NCBI GenBank assembly: GCA_018714855.1
Contig: DVMT01000027.1
Span: forward strand, 1-49,415
Direction of reading: 5' to 3'
Length of the DNA stretch: 49,415 nucleotides
From: Candidatus Aphodocola excrementigallinarum
GTDB taxonomy: Bacteria > Bacillota_I > Bacilli_A > RF39 > UBA660
Position numbers and translations under genes: made by a program. The notes beneath the pieces are model-generated. The model was given only the letters and a program-made list of their open reading frames with translations, was not told the origin of the DNA and did no database searches. Positions 1 through 10,564 of this stretch are shown piece by piece (within the stretch, counting starts at the first letter, position 1; every line of letters begins with the position of its first letter).

Positions 1-1825
1 TTATCTTATTTAACTCTTTAATATTAATAGGTTTAGATAAATAATCACTAAAACCTGCAGATATGTATTTTTCTTTTAAACCGGTATAAGAATTTGCGGT
101 TAACGCTATTACCGGAGGTAAAAAATATCCAGATTGCTTTAAAAGTTTCATTGTTTGAATACCGTCTAAATCCGGCATCATATGGTCTAAAAATATCAAA
201 TCATATTTTTTCTGTTCAACCATTTCTAAGCACTTTCTTCCACTTAATGCAAAATCAATCTCAAAATTATACTTGCTAAGTAATCTGCTTGCTAATTTTA
301 CGTTTATTTTATTATCATCTACAACAAGCACCTTTTTACCCGTTAAATCAAGTATTTTATCAGAAGATGTCTTTTTATCTTCACTAGAGAAAATATCTCC
401 AATTGGAGTTTCATCAGTTATTTTTTGATTTAAAGAAATAAAGTATTTAGTACCTTGGCCTTTTTCATTTAAAAACTTTATTTCTCCTCCTAACATTCCA
501 AGTAATCTTTTAGCGATTATAAGTCCTAATGTTACGCTATCAATGTTATTTTGAGTACTGTTTTCAAGTTTAACAAAATCATCAAAATCTTTTTCAAAAT
601 CTTCATATTTCATGGCATGACCAGTATTTGATATAGTAACTAAAAATGAAAATGAATCTTCTTGTTTTGTTCCTGTTATATTTAAATCAATTTTACCATA
701 ATTAGTATATTTAAGAGCGTTTGTTAAAGTAAGAACAATTATTTTATAAAACTTAAAATAATCTCCATAATACTTACTTGGTATTGTTTTATCAACTTCT
801 ATTTCAAAATCTAAAACATCTTTGTTTATCTTTGATGAAATAACGCTATTAACCTCAAAAACCAAATTATCTATTCCGTATTCTTTTTCTTCTATCGTTT
901 CTTTTCCTGACTCTATTCTTGAAATATCAAGAATGTTATTTATTAAATCCAAAAGATTTATACTAGCAGTATGAATGCTTTCAACATCTTTTTTTACCAT
1001 GTCTAATGTTAACTTATCCTCACTTAATAAAGACTCACTAAATCCCATTATGGTATTCATAGGGGTACGTATTTCATGAGACATATTTGTTAAAAACTCA
1101 GTTTTTGCATTACTAGTTATTTCAGCTTGCTCTTTTTTCTTTTCAAGTTCATTTAACAATTTATTATCCTGAGATTCAATCGTAAAATACATAGCCGTTA
1201 TTCCAAAAGCAAACACAAAGGTTAAATCATTGAAATCATAATCAAGAAATATTTGAAAAGCCGTAATTACAATGAAAAATATGAATACAAAATATATAGG
1301 TATTCTAGATGATAAAGGAATATTTAATGGATTTTTTAACAAAACAAGTAATATCGTAAGTATCATCACAAAAGAAACAGCATATAAAACATATACAGCC
1401 TCTCCCCCAATTACGTATAAATCTCCGTTTCCACCTTGATAACTAATTGGAAACATACAAGAAACTATAAATAAAACACTAACTATTATAGTTGAAGTTA
1501 TGGTTAAAATAGTCTTTGTTCTTTTAGGATTTTTAGTTCCAAGTGACCATAAATAAACTATTAAGCAAGTGGCCCAAATAATTGCTCCTAATATGTATCC
1601 TCTACATAAAATCTCATTTAAAACTGGTATTTTATCTCTGTTTTTCATAGTAATTACACATACTATTTCAAGAACAAGTAAAAACATAGTAAAAATTAAC
1701 ATAAAACCAAATATGTTATTTTCTAAGTTCTTAAACTTTTTCTTACTTAAGTACATAATAGTTACTAAAAAAAGAAAAACCAAAGCACAAATGGTAAAAC
1801 CCATACTAGAAAACATAGGATACAT
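1..1825 (-). CDS. Membrane-bound hybrid sensor histidine kinase/response regulator (3' end runs off the window)
   Basis: Not in ORF track; translated by hand from ATG at 1825 ([10 protein letters not shown]...): multiple hydrophobic segments, H-box [10 protein letters not shown]-box LTNALKYT, receiver VLVVDDN...IFLDHMMP...ALTAN...YLSKP; open to position 1. Confidence 0.93.
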   Translation of the reverse strand, partial: MYPMFSSMGFTICALVFLFLVTIMYLSKKKFKNLENNIFGFMLIFTMFLLVLEIVCVITMKNRDKIPVLNEILCRGYILGAIIWATCLIVYLWSLGTKNPKRTKTILTITSTIIVSVLFIVSCMFPISYQGGNGDLYVIGGEAVYVLYAVSFVMILTILLVLLKNPLNIPLSSRIPIYFVFIFFIVITAFQIFLDYDFNDLTFVFAFGITAMYFTIESQDNKLLNELEKKKEQAEITSNAKTEFLTNMSHEIRTPMNTIMGFSESLLSEDKLTLDMVKKDVESIHTASINLLDLINNILDISRIESGKETIEEKEYGIDNLVFEVNSVISSKINKDVLDFEIEVDKTIPSKYYGDYFKFYKIIVLTLTNALKYTNYGKIDLNITGTKQEDSFSFLVTISNTGHAMKYEDFEKDFDDFVKLENSTQNNIDSVTLGLIIAKRLLGMLGGEIKFLNEKGQGTKYFISLNQKITDETPIGDIFSSEDKKTSSDKILDLTGKKVLVVDDNKINVKLASRLLSKYNFEIDFALSGRKCLEMVEQKKYDLIFLDHMMPDLDGIQTMKLLKQSGYFLPPVIALTANSYTGLKEKYISAGFSDYLSKPINIKELNKI

Positions 1826-1844
1826 CTAAACCACTCCCTTAATA

Positions 1845-3458
1845 TTATTCTTCAAATTTATCAATTACCTTTTTTAAACTTTCAACAATTTTAGGATTAA
1901 ATATAATACCTTTTCTTTTTTCTATATAAGACAATTTATCACTTACGTTTCTTCTTTTTAAATTATTGTAAGTAATACATACCTGAGCAATCATGGCCTC
2001 TACTGGTATTTCTTCTTCTTTTAAACCATTTGGATAACCAGATCCGTCATAGTTTTCATGATAATATAAAGTTATGTTGTTAGCATACTTTTTATATGCC
2101 TCATCCATTATGTAATTTAACACATACTTAAGCATCTTGCTTCCGAATACAGGATAATTCTTAATTTTTTCTAACTCTTCTTTAGTAAAATCGATTTTCT
2201 TAGATAAAATGGATCTTGGAATTGAATAAAAACCAATATCATAATACATTGATGCATCTGCCATTTTCTCTATTTTATCATTATCCAAGTTATACTCACT
2301 ATAATCATTCATAACCTGATGTGCTAAAATTTTAAAATATTTATTTATGTTTTTTATATTTTCCTCATAGTCATATCTATAGCTTTCTACAAATGGATTA
2401 ATAAGTTCTCGTAGGCTTCTTGATTGATCATTAATTATGTTATTAAGTGAATTACTCGATTTATAAAGATTTATAAAATTACCTATTCTATGTCTTACAA
2501 CCTCAAAATCAAATGGTTTTTCAAGCATGTCGGCAACTCCGTAATTGTATACCCTTGCTTTTGTTTCCTTTTCGTAGTCACCACTTATTATAATAACTGG
2601 TAATCTATATAAATAATTATTTTTACTTAAGTAATCCAAAACCTGAAAGCCATCCATAACCGGCATAGTTAAATCAAGAAATATTCCAAGTACGTTATCG
2701 GATGACTCGGTAATTCCCTTACTTTGGTTTTCTTCTAAATAATCAATCGCTTCCTTACCATTAGTTGCCATAACAATCTTATACTCACCATCAAAGACTT
2801 TTTTAATCATGTTTCTAGTAAGCATATCATCATCTACAATTAATAAAACATCATCTATCCTGCCACTTACGTTAGCGGCATTTGCATTTACGCTTTTTTT
2901 AAGTTCAGGATAAGTACTTGTTAATCCCCTTAAAATAGAATTGATATATTCTTCTATGTTTTTTATGTTGATTTTTTCTTTATCATCTAAATTAAAGACA
3001 TTGTTAATCTTTAAAATAGAATCTGCAAGCCTTCCAATCAAGCCATTATACCTTACACTAGAAGAATTGCTTTTGTTTTCTGTTTGTGCATTTATCTTTC
3101 TTCTTACGGTAATAATTATGTCGTTACCATTTAAGTTAGCAAGGCCACATAATAATTCATAATAATTACCATCTAATGATTGATATTCAAAAGAAGGCTT
3201 AGTATTTCCGCTTTTTATTTCTTCTTTAATTTTAGGAACCGATACCATGTTCATGAAACCTTTAATATAATCTTTTTTGACTTCGTTTTTAATATTATCT
3301 AAATAATTTTGCATAGTATCTGTTTTTTCTTTCGTTACTTCTCCTAATAAAACCGAATATTTATCTACCCTATCATTAATAACGTCAAATACATAAAGTG
3401 TTAAATCATCATTTATTATTAGTTTTTCTAATATGTTTTGTAAGACGTTAGTATCCAT
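1845..3458 (-). CDS. Response regulator: unknown N-terminal domain + REC + degenerate HD-GYP domain
   Basis: REC motifs LIVDDD, FLDLTMP, LEKP; C-terminal YHENYDGSGYP. ATG at 3458 preferred over GTG 3464 from RBS (AAGGAGGGAG) spacing. Confidence 0.88.
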   Translation of the reverse strand: MDTNVLQNILEKLIINDDLTLYVFDVINDRVDKYSVLLGEVTKEKTDTMQNYLDNIKNEVKKDYIKGFMNMVSVPKIKEEIKSGNTKPSFEYQSLDGNYYELLCGLANLNGNDIIITVRRKINAQTENKSNSSSVRYNGLIGRLADSILKINNVFNLDDKEKINIKNIEEYINSILRGLTSTYPELKKSVNANAANVSGRIDDVLLIVDDDMLTRNMIKKVFDGEYKIVMATNGKEAIDYLEENQSKGITESSDNVLGIFLDLTMPVMDGFQVLDYLSKNNYLYRLPVIIISGDYEKETKARVYNYGVADMLEKPFDFEVVRHRIGNFINLYKSSNSLNNIINDQSRSLRELINPFVESYRYDYEENIKNINKYFKILAHQVMNDYSEYNLDNDKIEKMADASMYYDIGFYSIPRSILSKKIDFTKEELEKIKNYPVFGSKMLKYVLNYIMDEAYKKYANNITLYYHENYDGSGYPNGLKEEEIPVEAMIAQVCITYNNLKRRNVSDKLSYIEKRKGIIFNPKIVESLKKVIDKFEE

Positions 3459-3478
3459 AAGCACTCCCTCCTTAATCT

Positions 3479-3856
3479 TTATAATGTTTTATACTTTTCT
3501 ATTATCTTTTTTACCTCACTTGCAGCATTTAACAACTCAGAATAATGAGCATTAACGTAATTTACGTCGTTTGCCTTACTAGCAAGTTCATGAGCATAAC
3601 AAATGTCTCCAAGCTTCATAAAACCAAAACTTCTGGCATTACTCTTCATAGCATGAACCAAAATTGCATAATTAGGCATGTCACCTTGATTTTTAAAGCT
3701 ATCTATTTTCGATAACTCTTCATCCATACTATTATAAAACTCATCTAACATCTCATTATAAGTTTCAATATCTACCATGTTTGTTATGGCAGCATCAGCA
3801 TCTACTCCCATGTTTTTTAAAAAAGTTATTTTACCATTTTCATCCATTTTATTCAT
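3479..3856 (-). CDS. Histidine phosphotransfer (Hpt) protein
   Basis: 125 aa, AILVHAMKSNARSFG Hpt motif; upstream of REC and hybrid kinase genes. Confidence 0.9.
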   Translation of the reverse strand: MNKMDENGKITFLKNMGVDADAAITNMVDIETYNEMLDEFYNSMDEELSKIDSFKNQGDMPNYAILVHAMKSNARSFGFMKLGDICYAHELASKANDVNYVNAHYSELLNAASEVKKIIEKYKTL

Positions 3857-3893
3857 CCTTTCTATTATAATAATATTTTACTATAAAAAAATT

Positions 3894-3923
3894 AAAAAAA
3901 CAACGAATACTTAAGACATTCGT
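3894..3923 (-). terminator. Intrinsic terminator after the U32 peptidase gene
   Basis: Minus strand ACGAAT...ATTCGT hairpin followed by T-rich tract. Confidence 0.6.
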
Positions 3924-3928
3924 AAACC

Positions 3929-6079
3929 TTAAATATTCGTTCTAACAGAGTTTACTCCTAATTTATAAAGTTCTTCTTCATCAAACGTTATCTTTTTAAA
4001 ATTATAAATCGTCATATAACTATCGTTATTTACTATTTTATATTTATTTTTGTACTCATCTTCTAAGAAAGCTTCTTTAAATTTATATTTATAACCTAAG
4101 TTGTACTTACAAACCATCGCTTCTGGATAAGAGTCTTTTATAACCTCTACATTAGGATGAGCGTTAAACAAACTTTCATATTCATCTATTAAACACTTTA
4201 TCCCGGCATAATTAAGTTCGTATGATAAAGTAACTTTTTGCGCGCCTAGTTTATGCAAGAAATAAACCGAATAGGAATTGACCACGTTAAATGAAAAGTC
4301 AGTATCAAAGTTTTTATACTTAAGTAAACTTCCAAACTCTCCTACTAATACCTTTTTATTATAATCTTCATATTTATTAATAATTCTAGGAAGTTTAAGC
4401 ACGCATTTGTCACTTAATAAAAGACTTTTATCGCTTACGTAAATAGTATCTGCCTTATCTTTTACTTTAAAATAATCATCTTTACTATTTATTAAAGCAC
4501 TCATCTTTTCTTCTTTTTTAAAATCTTTTATATTAGGTTTAAACTCATTTTCTTTAAAAGGTATTTGATAAAGTCTTTTATCATCAAGCAATAAAAGTGC
4601 TTTTCTTCTTAAGTCATTTAACGCTTTTATATTTATAAAAATATTATCATCCATATTAACTTTTACATTACCTAATTTATATATGGTATTACCCGTTTTA
4701 GATATTTGTTTTATTATTTGATCTTTTGTTATAGAATTATTAATAGCTTTTTCTACTACGTAATTACTTTCATAAGTTACGGTGTTTTTATCAATATCAG
4801 TTACTTTTATTTTTAAAGGTTTATTTTCTTTAGCTTCTATAATTACATCTATTAAAACCCGTCTTTTGTTATCTTTTATTAATTTATCAATTTCTTTTAC
4901 CATGTTATAATCAGTTGTTAGCAAAACGTCTGATCCTTTTTTTATATATTTATCGCACTTTATAGATGCAGCCTCACCCTTATTAGCTACCATTTTCTTT
5001 TCGTTGTTAACACGCATATTAGTTACAACAAAACCCGTATCTTCTTTTTCATCAAGAATTCTTATACCATCATTTAAAGATAACGTACCATTTAACTTAA
5101 TGATTAAATTATCTTTTACTTTACTTTTTACCTTTCCTATTTTAACACCTAAGTGATTAGGCCTTAAATCATTTGCAAATAAGTTGTTTTCTTCTTCTAA
5201 CATAAAACCTTTAGTAAAGCCTCTATTAAACATTTTCTTAAGGTTAATTATGCATTTTTTAAAGTCTATTTTTTTATTTTCATAATAACTATCAATTGCT
5301 AATCTATATATTTTGGTTACCAAGTAGACATATTCTTTTCTTTTCATTCTACCTTCTATCTTTAAGCTGCAAACGCCCGTTTTTATTATTTCACTTAAGT
5401 TTTCTAAAGTGCATAAATCCTTGGTACTTAATAAGTAATTATTGTCATTTAATTTATTATTATTTTTATCATATAAGTTGTATTTTTTTCTACATATTTG
5501 TGCGCACGTACCTCTGTTTGCACTTCTGTTTCCAATTAAAGCGCTAGCTAAACACTGTCCTGAATAACAAACACATAACGCTCCATGAATAAATACCTCA
5601 AGTTCAATATCTATGTCCTTTTTTATTTTTTCTATTACCTCTAAAGGTGTTTCACGCGCCATAACAACTCTTTTAAACCCAAGCTTTTTAGCAAGTAAAG
5701 CTCCCTCATAGTTATGGATATTCATCTGCGTTGATGCATGAATAGTAAGATTAGGAAACTTATTTTTCAAAAGACAAAACATTCCTATATCCTCTATTAT
5801 TACAGCATCAACGTTATTTTGATGTAAAAACCTAACATAATTTAAAAATGTATTAACTTCCCTTTGATATATAATAGTGTTTATCGTAACATATACTTTA
5901 ACACCATAAAGATGAGCATACTTTATTGCTTCTATTATCTCATCATCAGTAAAATTACCTGCAAAACCTCTTGCACTAAATAACTTACCACCGATATAAA
6001 CAGCATCACATCCAGCTTCAATAGCAGCCTTTAAACACTCCATATTACCCGCAGGAGATAAAAGTTCTACTTTTCTCAT
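3929..6079 (-). CDS. Peptidase U32 family protein, long form (RlhA-like RNA hydroxylation family)
   Basis: ELLSPAG, GCDAVYIGG, HASTQ, HGALCVCYSGQC, NRGTCAQICR, LKIEGRMK motifs. Confidence 0.92.
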   Translation of the reverse strand: MRKVELLSPAGNMECLKAAIEAGCDAVYIGGKLFSARGFAGNFTDDEIIEAIKYAHLYGVKVYVTINTIIYQREVNTFLNYVRFLHQNNVDAVIIEDIGMFCLLKNKFPNLTIHASTQMNIHNYEGALLAKKLGFKRVVMARETPLEVIEKIKKDIDIELEVFIHGALCVCYSGQCLASALIGNRSANRGTCAQICRKKYNLYDKNNNKLNDNNYLLSTKDLCTLENLSEIIKTGVCSLKIEGRMKRKEYVYLVTKIYRLAIDSYYENKKIDFKKCIINLKKMFNRGFTKGFMLEEENNLFANDLRPNHLGVKIGKVKSKVKDNLIIKLNGTLSLNDGIRILDEKEDTGFVVTNMRVNNEKKMVANKGEAASIKCDKYIKKGSDVLLTTDYNMVKEIDKLIKDNKRRVLIDVIIEAKENKPLKIKVTDIDKNTVTYESNYVVEKAINNSITKDQIIKQISKTGNTIYKLGNVKVNMDDNIFINIKALNDLRRKALLLLDDKRLYQIPFKENEFKPNIKDFKKEEKMSALINSKDDYFKVKDKADTIYVSDKSLLLSDKCVLKLPRIINKYEDYNKKVLVGEFGSLLKYKNFDTDFSFNVVNSYSVYFLHKLGAQKVTLSYELNYAGIKCLIDEYESLFNAHPNVEVIKDSYPEAMVCKYNLGYKYKFKEAFLEDEYKNKYKIVNNDSYMTIYNFKKITFDEEELYKLGVNSVRTNI

Positions 6080-6108
6080 ACATCTATCACCTTATTTAAG
6101 TATAACAT

Positions 6109-6135
6109 AAAAACACACCTTTAAAAGATGTGTTT
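6109..6135 (-). terminator. Intrinsic terminator after the BspA/DUF285 gene
   Basis: AAACACATC-TTTTAAA-GGTGTGTTT-TT on the minus strand. Confidence 0.65.
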
Positions 6136-7261
6136 AAACGTTTTTAATAACATAATTATATCTTGGAAAACTTTGAGTTAAAAAATCAATTGAATTTTGG
6201 TCTTTTACATATATTATCGGATTAAAAGACGTACCAAAAAACATATTTACAATATTTGAAACATTAGAAAAATCAAACGATGATAAATCAAGTGTTACTA
6301 AAGAATTACAATTATAAAACATTCTTGCCATTATTGTTACTTTTGATGTGTCAAAAGATGATAAATCTAAATTTGTTAATGATGTGCAATTATAAAACAT
6401 ACTGTTCATATTTGTAACATTAGATGTGTTAAAATTTAATAAGTTAAGTTGTGTTAAACCAGAACAACCATCAAACATATAAGACATAGTTGTTACATTT
6501 GACGTATTAAAACCATTTAAATCAAGTTCTGCTAAACCACTACACCTAGAAAACATTGATGCCATATTTGTTACATTAGAAGTATTCCAATTTGATAAAT
6601 TAAGTTCTATCAAACCACTACATCCAGAAAAAATAGAAGACATATTTGTTAAATTTGATGTATTCCAATTAGATAAATCAAGAATTGTTAAACCAGAACA
6701 ATTATAAAACATATCAGATGCGTTTGTTAAACTAGAAGTGTTAAAGCTACTTAAGTCAAGTTCCGTTAAAGAAGAACAATTTTGAAACATTCTATACATG
6801 CTTGCTACTTTTATGGTATTCCATCCACTTAAGTTTAAATATCTTAACTTTGAACAGTCTTGAAACATTCCGTGATCAGTTGCAAATGAATTAACATTAG
6901 ATACATCAAAGTTACTTAAATCGAGTTCTATCAAAGAAGAACAATTATAAAACATCATTCCCATATTAGTTACATTAGAAGTATTAAATGAAGATAAATC
7001 TAAAGATGTTAAAGCTTTACAAGAACTAAACATGTATGACATATCCGTCATTGATATAGTATTCCATCCACTAAGATTTATTTTTTGAAGGTTAACACAG
7101 CTAGAAAACAAGTTTATTCCTTGCCCTCTTTCACCTGTAATTTTTACATTAGATACATCGAAGTTCGATAAATCAAGTTCTGTTAGACTACTGCAACCTC
7201 TAAACATTCCATACATATTAGTTACGTTTGAAGTATTGAATGAAGATAAACTAAGTTCCGT
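6134..7261 (-). pseudogene. 5'-truncated BspA-family (DUF285-like) leucine-rich repeat surface protein; residual ORF 6134..7216
   Basis: About 13 tandem ~25-aa repeats (MFxxCxxLxxLDLSxFxTSNVTxM). Repeat-frame sequence TELSLSSFNTSNVTN continues upstream of the ATG to 7261, then breaks; no RBS or signal peptide. Confidence 0.75.
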
Positions 7262-7298
7262 GTCTTTCGGTCAAGATTTTCTTACCTTGTGGAAAAAA
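7262..7298 (-). repeat. Copy 1 of a promoter-half motif (TTTTTTCCA...AGAAAAT-TTGACCGAAAGAC) shared with 25308..25346
   Basis: gtctttcggtcaa is identical at 7262-7274 and 25308-25320, followed in both by attttct and tggaaaaaa. Confidence 0.8.
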
Positions 7299-7299
7299 C

Positions 7300-7329
7300 A
7301 AAAAAAAATCAGATTTTTATTCTGATTTT
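7300..7329 (-). terminator. Intrinsic terminator of the Rpn gene
   Basis: AAAATCAGA-ATAAAAA-TCTGATTTT plus T tract on the minus strand. Confidence 0.7.
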
Positions 7330-8249
7330 AATTTTTCTATTTCACCTTTTGATAATCCAGTAGATGTTGAAATGATTTTTATGTCAATACCTTCCTTAAG
7401 CAAATTCTTTGCTATTTCTTTTTGCGTGTTTAAGGCACCTTCTTTATGACCTTCTTCAAGACCTTCGGCATGACCTTTTTCCATTCCTTTTTCCATTCCA
7501 TCATTATAACCATCTGTCATTGCATATGCTTTTATCTGATCCCTTATAAACGCTTCTTGCTCCTCTTTTAAATAGATCCCTTGCATCTCTTCTTCTTTTG
7601 ATAACTTACTTATCTTCTTTGCCACAGACTCCATCTCCCTACATCCTTTACTTATTTTCCTTAACTCTTCTTTATTATCAGTTGTCATTATTAACAACTC
7701 TTTTTCAAACTTCGTTAACTCTTCTTTATTATAATACTTTTGCCTTACTCTTTTCAAGTTTATATAATAAATTTCTGTATCAGTTACTTTCATGTAGTCG
7801 CTTCTTATTAAGTGTCTTTCTGGATCCATCATTTTAAACTTTATTATTATTCTTTCATCAAACATATCAAAATTATTGAAGTTTATTTGAATTACCTTCT
7901 TTTCTTTGGCAAACTTTTCTTTTTTATTAATCATTCCCTCTTTTAACTTCGTTCCATACCTATCATTTTTATTAAAGAGTCCATCATAATAATACTTATT
8001 CATCTCTAAGTTTATTATGTTTCCTTGCAGTTCTATTAAAAGATCCGTTATCTTTCCTTTTTCTTCTATTTCTTCTTTTGTAAGCTCACTATTTTTAAAT
8101 ACAAGGTTCCTTTTTATATAATCTTTATTTATCATGGTAATACCCTCTATTATATCTACCAAATAATCTTCACAGCTTCTATCTTGTAGTACGCTTTTAA
8201 ATACTGCATCACTCATCATTGTTATTACTTTATCTTTATTTAATAGCAT
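7317..8249 (-). CDS. Rpn family PD-(D/E)XK nuclease/putative transposase
   Basis: SDAVFK, TDLLIE...NLEMN catalytic-like motif, C-terminal GxEKG repeats and IAKNLLKEG...TGLS tail. Start moved to ATG 8249 after AAGGAGG. Confidence 0.85.
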   Translation of the reverse strand: MLLNKDKVITMMSDAVFKSVLQDRSCEDYLVDIIEGITMINKDYIKRNLVFKNSELTKEEIEEKGKITDLLIELQGNIINLEMNKYYYDGLFNKNDRYGTKLKEGMINKKEKFAKEKKVIQINFNNFDMFDERIIIKFKMMDPERHLIRSDYMKVTDTEIYYINLKRVRQKYYNKEELTKFEKELLIMTTDNKEELRKISKGCREMESVAKKISKLSKEEEMQGIYLKEEQEAFIRDQIKAYAMTDGYNDGMEKGMEKGHAEGLEEGHKEGALNTQKEIAKNLLKEGIDIKIISTSTGLSKGEIEKLKSE

Positions 8250-8424
8250 GTTTTTTTCCTCCTTCAAACGCATACTATCACATATTAAATTCTATTGCAA
8301 ACCCTAAAAACACCTATTTTTGCGTGGTTTTTCATACAAAAAAACGATTTTCTTCTTAGAGAAAAATCGCCTTTTTGAATCTCTTTTTTTACCAAAATAT
8401 TCCATACTCACAAATTTTATTTTT

Positions 8425-10551
8425 TTAATTAAGTACTACTTCCATATCATTTGAAATTAAAGTCCCTGCTGGTATGCTTTGGGTTTGTACATAACCAGTT
8501 GCGTTACAAGTATAATTTATATTTAGTTTATTAAGTACAACTGATGCATCTTTAACTGAATAATTTGTTAAATCAGGCATTGTTATTACGCTATCATTAG
8601 TAAATACAAACACTTTGTCTTTAGTACTTATTTTTGTTCCTTTATTAGGATACTGATCAACTATCTTTGTACCATTTCCAAACACAACGTAAGTTGCTAA
8701 TAAATTATTTAAGGTTTGTTTTACTTCTTCTGTTTGCTTGTTTTTAAAATTAGCCATTTTATATTCAGTTACTTCTTTATTTAACTCTGGAGTCTCATCA
8801 AAAACTTCTAGATATTTTGCGGTATCTTTAACAATTGTTTTAACAGCTTCTGATAAAACGGTAGAATAATTATAACCTCTTTGCATTGCAACATATATAA
8901 TTACTTGTGGATCATCTTTTGGATACATTCCCGCGAATGAATATACGTAATCAGTAGACCCGGTATAATATTTGCCAGTTTTCGGGTTTGCAATTTGAGC
9001 GGTTCCGGTTTTACCTATCAAATCATATCCATCCATTCGGTATTTATAACCTGTCGTATCAGCTTGATTACCGTTTACAACTTGATACATAAGTTCTTTT
9101 ATTGTCTGGATTGTACTTTTAGACGCTACCCTTTGTCCTTCTTTTACTTCTGATTTATAAGTTACTTCTCCAGTGTCAGAATTAACGGTTTTTTCAACTA
9201 TGTAAGGATTAAGCAAAACACCGTTGTTAGCGATTGCTGTTAAAGCCTTTATTTGTTGTATTGGTGTTGTTGTAATGCCTTGTCCAAAAGCAGCGTTAAC
9301 TACTTCTACGTCATACCTAAAATCAACTTTGCCAACATATTCATTAGGCAAATCAATTCCTGTTAAAGATCCAAAACCTAGTTTTTTATAATAATCCATT
9401 AGAACCTGTCTTGATAAATAGTTTTTAACTAAGTTAGCTACGCACGTATTAGATGATAATGTATATCCTCTTTGATAAGTTATTTCTCCCCAACCAGTAT
9501 CATTCCAGTCACTTACGGTATCTTCACCAATCGTGTATGGTCCAGTTAAACAAGTAGCTGTTGCCGGATTAAAATCCGGATTATTTTCTAAGGTTGCCAT
9601 AAAACTATAAGTTTTCATAACAGAGCCAGGCTCATAAGTATAAGAAACAAGAGGGTTTAGGTAATTTTCTATTTCTTTGGTATTAGGATCAAAGGTAGGA
9701 GAAGTTGCACTTCCTAAGATTTTACCCGTTTTAGCATCCGCTACAACGGCAATCATCCAATCTGACTTGGAGGCGTTTACCGCGTTTGAAACGACCGTTT
9801 CTAAAGACATCTGAACGTTTGAATCAATTGTTAAATAAACGTCATTACCATCTACTTTTTCTTTCCTTATTTCGTTTGAATTTGGAAATTTATAACCATT
9901 TAAATCTTTTTGATACTCAACAAAACCATTAGTACCTGTTAAAGCCTCGTTATACTCCTTTTCAATTCCCATCTCACCTGTCATGTTACCTTCATCATCA
10001 GTTTTGGTATAACCTATAACATAAGATAAAAACGAGTTATTAGGATAATACCTTCTGTGTGTTGTTATAAAATCAATACCATATAATCCTAGGTTTTCTA
10101 TTGCTTCTTTTTGAAGTTCGGTAAGACCTCTTCCTGCCGATCCAAACTCTACTTGATAAGCATCTTTATTTAATATATTTAAAATATCTTCTTTTGACAT
10201 ATCAATTACCGTTGATAATTTTTCAGCGGTAAGTTCTTTATCTACCACGTGCTGAGGAGTTTCATATCCTTCACTTCTGGATGGGTCTAAATACGCGATT
10301 AAGGTATACGAATTAATCGTTTGCGCAAGAACTTCTTCGTTTGCATCATAAATGGTTCCTCTAAGTGAATAAAGTGTTTCCCTTTTAGTGTTTCTTTCGT
10401 TTGCAAAACTTTGCAGGTCTATTCCATCTACTTTACCAGTTAAGCAAAGATATCCTAATCTTAATATAAATACAAATAAAAAAAGAAAAATTATCAAAGT
10501 AAAAACTTTAGCTACATGCATTTTGTTTTTATTTAATAACTCTCTTTTCAT
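8425..10551 (-). CDS. ftsI: Cell division class B penicillin-binding protein (FtsI/PBP2x-like) with two PASTA domains
   Basis: RGTIYD, EPGSVMK (SxxK), SSN, KTGTAQ motifs; follows mraZ-rsmH-ftsL. Confidence 0.9.
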   Translation of the reverse strand: MKRELLNKNKMHVAKVFTLIIFLFLFVFILRLGYLCLTGKVDGIDLQSFANERNTKRETLYSLRGTIYDANEEVLAQTINSYTLIAYLDPSRSEGYETPQHVVDKELTAEKLSTVIDMSKEDILNILNKDAYQVEFGSAGRGLTELQKEAIENLGLYGIDFITTHRRYYPNNSFLSYVIGYTKTDDEGNMTGEMGIEKEYNEALTGTNGFVEYQKDLNGYKFPNSNEIRKEKVDGNDVYLTIDSNVQMSLETVVSNAVNASKSDWMIAVVADAKTGKILGSATSPTFDPNTKEIENYLNPLVSYTYEPGSVMKTYSFMATLENNPDFNPATATCLTGPYTIGEDTVSDWNDTGWGEITYQRGYTLSSNTCVANLVKNYLSRQVLMDYYKKLGFGSLTGIDLPNEYVGKVDFRYDVEVVNAAFGQGITTTPIQQIKALTAIANNGVLLNPYIVEKTVNSDTGEVTYKSEVKEGQRVASKSTIQTIKELMYQVVNGNQADTTGYKYRMDGYDLIGKTGTAQIANPKTGKYYTGSTDYVYSFAGMYPKDDPQVIIYVAMQRGYNYSTVLSEAVKTIVKDTAKYLEVFDETPELNKEVTEYKMANFKNKQTEEVKQTLNNLLATYVVFGNGTKIVDQYPNKGTKISTKDKVFVFTNDSVITMPDLTNYSVKDASVVLNKLNINYTCNATGYVQTQSIPAGTLISNDMEVVLN

Positions 10552-10564
10552 ACGTCTATCACCC

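Noticed and set aside
6134-7216. Diversity-generating retroelement target in the BspA repeats
   Set aside because: No reverse transcriptase and no template/variable repeat pair differing only at adenines was seen.
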